Below are positions 1-9,178 of a stretch of 33,413 bases of DNA, piece by piece. Numbering within the stretch: position 1 is the first letter of the stretch; the number at the start of each line of letters is the position of its first letter. The notes under the pieces were generated by a model. That model was given only the letters and a program-made list of their open reading frames with translations, was not told the origin of the DNA and searched no databases. A program made the position numbers and the translations under genes. The stretch comes from Octopus bimaculoides (taxonomy: Eukaryota): NCBI RefSeq assembly GCF_001194135.2, contig NC_068984.1, positions 67,870,449-67,903,861 of the forward strand, in the 5' to 3' direction.

Positions 1-102
1 AGAGAGAGAGAGAGATGGAAATTACAGAAAAATAAGAGGCGAAGACAGGTGTATAAACAACAAACAGGTATATTAGTTTAACGCTCGGGAAGGTGAAAAA
101 GT

Positions 103-138
103 ATTTTACGTTTCGAGTCTACGTTCTTCAACAGAAAG
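103..138 (-). ncRNA. Minimal type-I hammerhead-ribozyme-like motif in PLE terminal repeat (copy 1; core retained, stems partly decayed)
   Basis: Minus strand reads CUUU-CUGUUGA-A-GAACGUAGACUC-GAAAC-GUA-AAAU, matching the PLE minimal HHR layout: stem I / CUGANGA / A / stem II / GAAA / palindromic ACGU stem III / NUH / stem I. Confidence 0.6.
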
Positions 139-194
139 AAATACAATGAAATAAACAGAGAATAAAAACGCTTTAGGGGCTAGCGGTCAATCAT

Positions 195-812
195 GGATGG
201 TGGTGTTGGAGAGGTAGGGGCAAGTGCGGCAGCGTGGACAGAAGCAGGGGAACGAGCCAAGTTGGGGGTGAGGTTAGGGAAGAAACTGTGGACCAGGAGG
301 TTACGTAGGTTGTGGGCTCATTTGAAGGAGAGGAGAGGTATGTTGGGGAAGATGTGTGAAATGGTGAGGTTGGAGGGAAGTCGCCGGGAGCCTCGGAGAA
401 TATAGAGGAAGGGAGGAGAGGCTGGTAGGTGAAGGGAAACGGGAGATGGGTAACGGCGTGGCGGGTGCGGGGGCAAGAGCAGTGCCACGGTCCACGGAAC
501 GTGCTCTGGCAAAGGCGGTGTGGTTAGTGGTGAGGGGATATCCACGAAGGATGAAGTGGCCATGAGTTGAGACTGAGTCTCAAAGTCATGGTTGTCACTG
601 CAGCGCCTGTGCAGACGGAGGAATTGAGAGTAGAGGATGGAGAGCTTGGTGTGGGTAGGGTGGGAGGAGGAGATGTTGAGGTATGAGTTGTGAGTCGGTG
701 TGTTTGTAGTGGATGGAGGTAGTGAGAGTGGAGTAGTGTATGTTGACCGAAATTTCGAGAAAGGCGACGGAAGAGTTGGATATGGTGCAGGAGAATTCTA
801 GGGCAGCATGGA
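195..812 (-). pseudogene. Frameshifted PLE pol fragment (RT thumb/C-terminal domain and Zn-knuckle-like linker); GIY-YIG endonuclease not seen
   Basis: Pieces lie in track ORFs 595..855 and 318..563 and adjacent frames; at least two frameshifts and an in-frame TGA. Confidence 0.8.
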
Positions 813-1049
813 ATATATGTATATATAATTTCATATTCTTCGACCCATGTTTCACGTAACTGCAACGTTCGGTCAGTCAGTGTATTCACCTGGAAATCCC
901 AGTGGGTATGTATCTACAGTCGCGAAATAATAATTCAGTTTCAGTGATCCAAATATACTAGAGCATATTTTCTGCACTTCCCTCTCATTCTCCTTTCTTA
1001 TGTAATATATATACATATAAAAAAAATAAATAAATACACCCTTTTAAAC

Positions 1050-1283
1050 CCTAGCCAGGCTCATGGACGCGGTTTCGCGGTTTCAATGGCGTATGTGTTC
1101 CCCAACTGGACGGGGCGGGGCGCCAGTCCATCACAGTGTTACTCATTTTTGCCAGCTGAGTGGACTGGAGCAACGTGAAAAGGAGTGTTTGCTCAAGAAC
1201 ACAACGCATCACCCGGTCCAGGTATCGAAACCACAATCTTACGATCATGGTGCTGACACCTTAACCACTAAGCCACAAGCCTC

Positions 1284-1286
<3 letters not shown>
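1050..1286 (-). mobile_element. tRNA-derived SINE (family A), near full head and body
   Basis: Minus strand: A box TGGCTTAGTGG (plus 1265-1275) and B box GGTTTCGATACC (plus 1221-1232). Body ttgtgttcttgagcaaacac...ttgctccagtccactcagctggcaaaaatgagtaac is shared with copies at 6531 (+) and 25256-25550 (-). Confidence 0.85.
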
Positions 1287-1315
<29 letters not shown>

Positions 1316-1790
1316 TATATATATATATATATATNNNNNNNNNNNNNNNNNNNNNNNNNNNNNNNNNNNNNNNNNNNNNNNNNNNNNNNNNNNNNNNNNN
1401 NNNNNNNNNNNNNNNNNNNNNNNNNNNNNNNNNNNNNNNNNNNNNNNNNNNNNNNNNNNNNNNNNNNNNNNNNNNNNNNNNNNNNNNNNNNNNNNNNNNN
1501 NNNNNNNNNNNNNNNNNNNNNNNNNNNNNNNNNNNNNNNNNNNNNNNNNNNNNNNNNNNNNNNNNNNNNNNNNNNNNNNNNNNNNNNNNNNNNNNNNNNN
1601 NNNNNNNNNNNNNNNNNNNNNNNNNNNNNNNNNNNNNNNNNNNNNNNNNNNNNNNNNNNNNNNNNNNNNNNNNNNNNNGTATCTATGCGTTTATATATAC
1701 ATGTGTGTGTGTGTGTGTGTGTGTATGTATATACGTATATGTATGTAAGCATGAATGCGTGTATGTATATATGGATGGATGTATCTATGT
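1285..1790. repeat. Compound (CA)n(TA)n / (TG)n microsatellites flanking assembly gap 1335-1678
   Basis: Directly visible. Confidence 0.95.
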
Positions 1791-2078
1791 ATGTTTACCT
1801 CTATAAATATGTGTATGTGTATTTGAGTTCTGTTAACGTAGTAGTGTGAATAATGTAAAGAGTATTCAATTCGTCAAGTAGATTAAATATATATTATCTT
1901 ACGCAGATGCAGTCGTTAGCAATTCCTATCGTTTAAAGTTTCTAGCTTCAGAAGCAATCATCAGTCGGGATAACAACGAAGGAATAGTTTAATCATAGTG
2001 TGGCTGATATACCACTTGAGAATTACTTTCCGTCAAGAAACTGAATATATACCTATATGTACACATATAGACATACAT

Positions 2079-2081
<3 letters not shown>

Positions 2082-2117
<36 letters not shown>
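2082..2117. repeat. (AC)n microsatellite
   Basis: Directly visible; assembly gap follows at 2204-2335. Confidence 0.95.
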
Positions 2118-2118
<1 letters not shown>

Positions 2119-3039
2119 TGTGAGAAAGAGATAGCTTATACCGAAGAATGTGATGTAAATATTAGGCATGTGCACGGAAATTTCTCTCTCTGTATATGTA
2201 TATNNNNNNNNNNNNNNNNNNNNNNNNNNNNNNNNNNNNNNNNNNNNNNNNNNNNNNNNNNNNNNNNNNNNNNNNNNNNNNNNNNNNNNNNNNNNNNNNN
2301 NNNNNNNNNNNNNNNNNNNNNNNNNNNNNNNNNNNATAACTAAATATATATATATATGCATACGCAGTGTGTGAGGGAGAGATAGTTCATACAGAAAAAT
2401 TCCCCCTCCCCACCTTCCACTCGACACATATTCACATACATCAATAGATGAAGTTATGCACACTTTCATGTCTTTTTCATTTGCTGTTCCACTTTTTTCT
2501 CGTGTTTCCTTTATTAGTTTCGTAAATAATAAGAGGGGGAAAAAATAACAATCCATTTCCTTTCAATGCTTACTTAATTTGTTAATTACTACTTTGTTTG
2601 CAAGTTTTCTTCTGCATTTCTGATAAACTGTTTCTAGCCTCCAGTGTGGACAACGAAAGCTGTTCGCCACTTTAATTCTTTGGCAGTCAGTATGAGAAAA
2701 GTAAACGATATTCTCTTTTAGTTTCTTTTATACTGAATGCGATGTATGAGAGACCATGCGTTCTGGTTTTTCTTCCTGCTTTTTGTTTGTTTTTTTATTG
2801 TTTTTTTTTTTATTCCCTGCTAATATAGAATTAATACTTTCATCACTGGTAGAAGTCTGAAAATAAGATTCTGCGGAATGCCACATGCAGAAAGAAATCA
2901 AAGAAACAAAACAGGCAGAAAAATCCCACAGATATATAATTCATTTTCGCTCTCGTAATAATATTTTGCTACGCACATTAAGGATGGCAGAATGTCGTTC
3001 GTGAATTAAGCATGATAATGTTGATGAGAAGATTAAAAT

Positions 3040-3256
3040 CATAGAGATAACGATTATGATGATGATCACGTGGACAACGCAGATCATGGCAATCCCGACG
3101 ACGTCGAAGAGAAAGAGGTGGAGGATGGTGCTGGTGCTGGTATTGATGACGATGATGGTGGTAGTGGTGATGATGATTCTGCTGCAGCTGCTGCTGCTGC
3201 CACTGATGATGATGATGATGATGATGACGAGGAGGAGGAGGATGACGACGACACAT
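3040..3256. repeat. Compound degenerate trinucleotide repeat (GAT/GGT/GCT/GAG/GAC)n
   Basis: Triplet periodicity visible; generates poly-D/E, poly-H/Q, poly-S and poly-M ORFs in several frames. Confidence 0.85.
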
Positions 3257-3566
3257 GATAAAGATAGATAGTAATGCTAATTATCAAAAGCGGTTCCACA
3301 ACAATTACAAAATGAGCAACACGCAAACTGATGCTCTGACAATTTGTTGGTAAAATATCTTTATCCAACATTTGTGTCTACTGATTTGACGTAAAAATTT
3401 TTTACTAATAATCGTTGCATCACACCAGTCCAAACCGTACTAACGGATAATTTAAACGACTGAGAACCTATAAGATAACGAAACATCAACTGAAACATCA
3501 GTAGATATTAATGGCTGACTGGTACTGTATTACACTCAGTATAAGTGTGATATATATATATATATA

Positions 3567-3769
3567 TTCTTTTACTTGTTTCAGTCATGGTCTGCGGCCA
3601 TGATGGAGCACCTTTAGTCGAACAAATGGACCTCCAGGACTTATTCTTTGTAAGACTACTACTTATTCTTTCGGTCTCTTTTGCCAAGCCGCTAAATTAC
3701 GGTGAGGCAAACATACTAACATCGGTTGTCAAGCGATGGTGGGAGGGACGAACACAGGCACACAAACAA

Positions 3770-3803
<34 letters not shown>

Positions 3804-3806
3804 CCG

Positions 3807-3847
<41 letters not shown>
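3567..3847 (-). mobile_element. tRNA-derived SINE family B, 3' half (5' half lost in gap 3848-4836)
   Basis: Reverse complement of the 3' part of the 6054-6429 and 15587-15995 copies (cttgacaaccgatgt..., ...cagtc..atgactgaaacaagtaaaag), with internal (CA)n(TA)n. Confidence 0.85.
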
Positions 3848-4836
3848 NNNNNNNNNNNNNNNNNNNNNNNNNNNNNNNNNNNNNNNNNNNNNNNNNNNNN
3901 NNNNNNNNNNNNNNNNNNNNNNNNNNNNNNNNNNNNNNNNNNNNNNNNNNNNNNNNNNNNNNNNNNNNNNNNNNNNNNNNNNNNNNNNNNNNNNNNNNNN
4001 NNNNNNNNNNNNNNNNNNNNNNNNNNNNNNNNNNNNNNNNNNNNNNNNNNNNNNNNNNNNNNNNNNNNNNNNNNNNNNNNNNNNNNNNNNNNNNNNNNNN
4101 NNNNNNNNNNNNNNNNNNNNNNNNNNNNNNNNNNNNNNNNNNNNNNNNNNNNNNNNNNNNNNNNNNNNNNNNNNNNNNNNNNNNNNNNNNNNNNNNNNNN
4201 NNNNNNNNNNNNNNNNNNNNNNNNNNNNNNNNNNNNNNNNNNNNNNNNNNNNNNNNNNNNNNNNNNNNNNNNNNNNNNNNNNNNNNNNNNNNNNNNNNNN
4301 NNNNNNNNNNNNNNNNNNNNNNNNNNNNNNNNNNNNNNNNNNNNNNNNNNNNNNNNNNNNNNNNNNNNNNNNNNNNNNNNNNNNNNNNNNNNNNNNNNNN
4401 NNNNNNNNNNNNNNNNNNNNNNNNNNNNNNNNNNNNNNNNNNNNNNNNNNNNNNNNNNNNNNNNNNNNNNNNNNNNNNNNNNNNNNNNNNNNNNNNNNNN
4501 NNNNNNNNNNNNNNNNNNNNNNNNNNNNNNNNNNNNNNNNNNNNNNNNNNNNNNNNNNNNNNNNNNNNNNNNNNNNNNNNNNNNNNNNNNNNNNNNNNNN
4601 NNNNNNNNNNNNNNNNNNNNNNNNNNNNNNNNNNNNNNNNNNNNNNNNNNNNNNNNNNNNNNNNNNNNNNNNNNNNNNNNNNNNNNNNNNNNNNNNNNNN
4701 NNNNNNNNNNNNNNNNNNNNNNNNNNNNNNNNNNNNNNNNNNNNNNNNNNNNNNNNNNNNNNNNNNNNNNNNNNNNNNNNNNNNNNNNNNNNNNNNNNNN
4801 NNNNNNNNNNNNNNNNNNNNNNNNNNNNNNNNNNNN

Positions 4837-4871
<35 letters not shown>

Positions 4872-5683
4872 GTATGTATTATGTGTGTATGTACTCGAAG
4901 TAGATATAACTCTTCACACTAAAGACTAGAACTGATATATAATTAACGAGTATTCCAGTAGCTTACAGTAATTACATTTATACGTCCGTACAATTACAAG
5001 ATATTGCTCCCAGTTCTTTCACTCCCAACTTGCAAACAAATTTATCGCTCGTTCTTATATTAGCCAGGTAAATAGATGCCATACACGTGACGCACTACCC
5101 ACACGGAGGCATTTGTCACCAAGTGGTTATCTTATCTAATCTACGAGGTTTTCCATGAAGAAGACTGCTATTTTGACTAGACAAAAGATAATATCTAGTT
5201 CTATTGAATGCTAAAATTATTGGCCGATATATATGATTTATATTTAGTGGTATTCATATATATTCAGATAGCTCGACTAAAGGATACATGTTTCATTAAA
5301 GCGTTCAATAAGAACAGACTCGCGCCTATTCTAGCTGTTTGGCAGCAAATACAATTGATATGTTTAATGAACGACATTTTCCCTAAAGCATTTTTTTTTT
5401 ATTCGCAATATGATAAATAGAAGCAATTTTCGCCCAGTGAACTAGATGGTACCATAGTCATTATACTTTACAACTATCAGCAACGCTAACAGCTACAAAT
5501 TAACCAGAAGATACCGATTTCTCAATAGCAAGATTACAACCAATCAATGAGACCATCTATACCATAACGGCAATTTCTCACCTTCTATTCTTCTATTTGC
5601 TGAATAACGTTTCTTTCGTTGGCTAACAATACCAACTAACCTTCAGTAATATTATCATTTCAGAAATAACGTTGTAGAATTTT

Positions 5684-5779
5684 ATGTTTGTGTGTGTGCA
5701 TTTCGTTCGTTTCTTATTGTTATTTTATTATATTTTAGGCATTGTTTTGGTTGTTGTTGTTGACATTTTGTCTTTTCAG
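5684..5779 (+). CDS. Candidate first coding exon, hydrophobic signal/anchor-like (MFVCVHFVRFLLLFYYILGIVLVVVVDILSFQ); unverified
   Basis: Acceptor tcatttcag at 5663, in-frame TAG upstream of the ATG, strong donor CAG|GTAAGA at 5780; T-rich sequence can mimic hydrophobic coding. Confidence 0.2.
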
Positions 5780-5946
5780 GTAAGAACAATATCAAATGTA
5801 ATACAAATGATGACCATCCTAGTTATCAGCGTTGTCAATAAAGTTTTGTGTGAAAAAACTAATGCGACGACTAAATCAGTCGGCAACCGAGTTTATAAGG
5901 TATTGTAGCTTGAAAACATTCGCAACTGAATTATTTTTCTTTTCAG

Positions 5947-5965
5947 AACAGTAAGTCAATTAATG
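5947..5965 (+). CDS. Candidate micro-exon (4 nt AACA or 19 nt NSKSIN+G); unverified
   Basis: Strong acceptor ttatttttcttttcag (5946) followed by donors GTAAGT (5951) and GTACGT (5966), 15 nt apart and in the same phase. Confidence 0.25.
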
Positions 5966-6053
5966 GTACGTGAGCCCTTGGACCGAACACATATTTACAA
6001 AAAGAAATTCTGGGTATTTTTGTCATGCACCTGTGGAGAAAAGAATCTATATA

Positions 6054-6429
6054 GCTGCACAGGTAGCTGTGTGGTAAGAAGTTTGCTTTTCAACAACATG
6101 GTTCCGGGTTCAGTCCCACTGCGTGGCGCTTAGGGCAGGTGTTTTCTACTATACCTTCGGGCCGACAAAAGCCTTGTGAGTGGATTTGGTAGACGGAAAC
6201 TGAAAGAAGCCCGTCATATATATTGTGTGTTTGCCCCTCCACCCCTGACAACCGGTGTTGGTGTGTTCATGTTCCTGTAACTTAGTGGTTCGTTAAAAGA
6301 AATCTATAAAATAAGTACCAGACTTTAAAAAATAGTACCGTGGTCGATACTTTCGACTATAAATTCTTCAAGACGGTGCCCCAACATGGCCACAGTCTAA
6401 TGACTGAAACAGGTAAAAGATAAAGGATA
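6054..6429 (+). mobile_element. tRNA-derived SINE family B, full length
   Basis: Head gtagctgtgtggtaagaag...ggttcagtccc (A/B-box-like), body gggccgacaaaagccttgtgagtggatttggtagacggaaactgaaagaagcccgtc, 3' end gactgaaacaggtaaaagataaagg; collinear with the 15587 copy. Confidence 0.88.
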
Positions 6430-6487
6430 TCTTGTAAACTTCGTGATATTTTAAAACTTCATGAAAATCTTGTAATCTTCATGAAAA
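6428..6487. repeat. Three imperfect ~20-bp tandem units (atcttgtaaacttcatgaaa-like)
   Basis: tatcttgtaaacttcgtga / tattttaaaacttcatgaa / aatcttgtaatcttcatgaa. Confidence 0.6.
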
Positions 6488-6530
6488 TGTCGGAACCAGA
6501 ATGTGTGTGAGTGTGTGTGTGAGAGAGAGA

Positions 6531-6810
6531 GGAGGGAGGTTTGACCCAGTGTTAAAATTGTTGCTCTTTCGATCGCAAGATTGTTGTTTCCATTCCAAAA
6601 CAAGTGGCGCGTTGTGTTCTTGAACAAAGCACTTCATTTCATGCTACAACAGTTGCACACTCAGCTGCAAATGTGTAACTGCGGTAGACTGGCGTTTTGT
6701 TTAGGTTGCATGTGCGGCAGCTCGCCTAACCAGCAAGGTAGCATCTTTTTTGAAAGTTACAACAACGCGAGGAAGCACATTGTGTGATCAGTAGTGTATA
6801 ACATCCGATA
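6531..6810 (+). mobile_element. Degenerate tRNA-derived SINE family A
   Basis: gatcgcaagattgttgtttccattcc...gcgttgtgttcttgaacaaagcacttcatttc...cactcagctgcaaatgtgtaac...gactggcgt aligns to the reverse complement of 1050-1286; 3' boundary approximate. Confidence 0.72.
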
Positions 6811-6940
6811 GTACTCCCCGGTAGCCAAGGACATCTGGAAATTATCCATGATAGTTTCTCGCCGGAAAATCCTCCGGAACAGTCTAGCCAGTTCGTTCTC
6901 GTCGGCGCCCAGAAGACGCTGTTGCACTTAAAAAATCATC

Positions 6941-7020
6941 GAACAAAAAGACGTCAGATCAAAAGATGTGGACGAAAAGACGTTTGACGAAGTGACGTCG
7001 GACGAATAGACATAGCACCG
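6941..7020. repeat. ~5-unit 15-bp tandem array, consensus GACGAAAAGACGTnn, ending ...tagcaccg
   Basis: Units at 6942, 6957, 6971 (gacgaaaagacgttt), 6986 (gacgaagtgacgtcg) and 7001 (gacgaatagacatag). Confidence 0.75.
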
Positions 7021-7659
7021 TTTTTGTCAAGGTCAACAATGCAGTAAATATTATTCATTGTTGCCCCATCGCCATATATCAGGGTTAGGGAAACAAAAAA
7101 CGCATGCGCACGCGAGAGTGAAAGAAAGATGAGGCTGTATGTGCGCGCGCGTGTGCGGCGTACGTACGCATGTATGAGTGGATTTAAGCATGATTGAATT
7201 GTTAAAAACAATTCTTAAGTTCGATCCAGATTCGTAGAATTTTAGGTAACTGTCTTTTAACATAACCTCCCTTCTTCTTAAGCGTTTTTAACGGTTTGTA
7301 AGCCATTCGTATGGACTGTACTTATAATTCAAGGATCCAGCTTTATTTCACACATGTACACAGAGTTTCACCAATAGAGACCCCTGTCCGACAAGAAACT
7401 GATCAGTGCAATGCTTGCCCTTTGTTCCTCATTAAGTAGAAGGGTCAAGAAGGTAAGCTAAGAGAAATCTCGTTGTTGTTCAGCTTCAGATCATCTCATC
7501 TTTGGTTTTCAGATATATTTTATCAAGGTCTAGATAATGAAACGTAATCTTACTTTTTCAAGATGATTGGGAATGGTATTAAGCCAAACTTACTACTATT
7601 TTGAGTTGGTCGAGCGACTACCTCTAGGCTTCTTCACTGCTTCCCTTCGAAAAGATTGT

Positions 7660-7800
7660 GTATGTATGTATGTATGTATGTATAAGTATATTGTGTATGC
7701 ATGTATAAGTTTATTGTGTATGTGTGTATATATAAGTTTATTGTGTATGTAAGTATGTATGAGTTTATCGTGTATGTATGTATGTATGTATTGTATATGT
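7660..7800. repeat. (TATG)n-derived minisatellite, ~22-26-bp unit gtataagtttattgtgtatgtat
   Basis: About 4 visible units. Confidence 0.75.
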
Positions 7801-8149
7801 TTGTGTATTGTGTACGCAGTCCTTCATTGTAAACTTGTACGCAACGTAAGAAAGGAATTTTATCTGCATGATTTTTTGTGAAAGGATAATGATTATTTCA
7901 AAGATTCAAAACCATATTCATTGTGTATCTGTGCGTACGTGTGCGCGTGTGTATGTGTGCGTGCAAGCATGCGTACGCGTGTATTGTAATAGGGAGTCGG
8001 AAAGAAAAAGTCGATAGATATAGTACAGAGCTAACGTTTACTAAGTTCATTACACTAATTCTATGTGAAGAAACCTGTTTTCTCCCATTCCCTTTCCTGT
8101 TTTATTTATTTAATCCCTCCCTCCTTCTTTCACTTTCTCCCTCTCTCTC

Positions 8150-8176
8150 AGTCTATCTATCTATCTATTTACCTAC

Positions 8177-8207
<31 letters not shown>

Positions 8208-8212
8208 ACTAT
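8150..8212. repeat. (TATC)n microsatellite
   Basis: Directly visible. Confidence 0.9.
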
Positions 8213-9125
8213 CTGAGTCTTCTTTGCATCTTTGTTCCTTCGTCGCTTTATGATAAATACTTATTAAAGTGAATATCGAGAATCACTTGAAACAATTTTT
8301 AAAACCTCAAATCAGGAAAACTGTTATCTGAGATATAATCATTGCATTAATAGTCTTTCTTTGTAAAATATTGAAAGAATTTCTCAACAAAACAAACAAA
8401 ATTTTGAATTATATATGAAAAATATGTAATAAAATTAAAATGGTAAAAGAGTTTATAGACAGGGGTAGGTATGGAATGCACACCAAACAGACGGAAGGTG
8501 AAAATGTAGATGAAGCACAGAAGAGAAAAGAAATACAAAAGATAACAGGTGTCTGTTGAGCGAAAATTTGAGGAAAATGTATGTGGGAGAATGCCAAAAA
8601 GAGGTAGGGGAAATGAAAGAAAAGGAGAAAACATAATGTTTTCATACAATAACGCTCGCATTGAAGCGAACGTCTATTTTCTTATCTTGTTAGGATTTAT
8701 ATAGTTTTAATGAGGAATACATGTTTTACATCATCTGGCGATGTTTGAATAGTCTAAATAGATTTTATGTTGTAATTTTTTGGCAATAAACCTCAGTAAA
8801 TACGCAATTAAAGCCATACGAGACGTCGTTTGTAATATTTAAATAAGGTTTTTATCCTAAATTTTACTGTTCAAGTTCACTTTCTCTGAAAACTTCAAAA
8901 CAAAATTGCTACTATCGACAAAAATCTCAAAAGACATTATATACGAGTAATTTATCATCAAAGATATTTTTATCCGAGACAACAATCTAAACATACATGA
9001 AAGCAAATAAAATGCTTAGTTTTGTGTATACACCGAGAATGGTGGAGTTGTAGAAATGGTAATATATCACACTAAATCGCTTGCATATAATGCTATATCT
9101 CATTATGTTATGTGTTAAAATCCTA

Positions 9126-9178
9126 GCAAGGTCGATAAAATAAGTGCAGGTAATGTACTGAGTCGTATTAATCGATTA
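9126..9178 (+). mobile_element. Short SINE family C fragment
   Basis: ggtcgataaaataagtgcaggtaatgtactgagtcgtattaatcgatta resembles the reverse complement of the 13950-14010 segment. Confidence 0.45.

Larger units (their letters stand above)
18..812 (-). mobile_element. Decayed, 5'-truncated and internally deleted Penelope-like retroelement (PLE): RT C-terminal region, Cys-rich linker and terminal repeat (pLTR)
   Basis: Minus-strand translation across frameshifts and one stop gives HAALEFSCTISNSSVAFLEISVNIHYSTLTTSIHYKHTDS / SYLNISSSHPTHTKLSILYSQFLRLHRRCSDNHDFETQSQLM / HFILRGYP...ISHIFPNIPLLSFK*AHNLRNLLVHS / GSFPCFCPRCRTCPYLSNTTIH. These match the PLE RT end (FLD..TS.YRKPTDS, SSHP.H.K.SIPYSQFLRL.R.CS) and the CxxC linker that precedes GIY-YIG. 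The 18-170 segment recurs at 23818-23970. Confidence 0.88.

Noticed and set aside
193-495. Short ORFs overlapping the PLE (193..405 +, 301..495 -)
   Set aside because: Antisense or alternative frames of the decayed PLE pol
1221-1286. tRNA-like A/B boxes as tRNA genes (also 6054, 13922-14104, 15587, 25520-25550)
   Set aside because: They continue into repeated SINE bodies and lack a complete cloverleaf; these are SINE heads
1063-4929. Long ORFs (1063..1806, 3587..4903, 3726..4922, 3736..4929 etc.)
   Set aside because: Open only because they cross N gaps and (CA)/(TA) microsatellites or SINE sequence; not genes
6941-7020. Possible CRISPR-like array
   Set aside because: Contiguous 15-bp tandem units without unique spacers, in eukaryotic DNA
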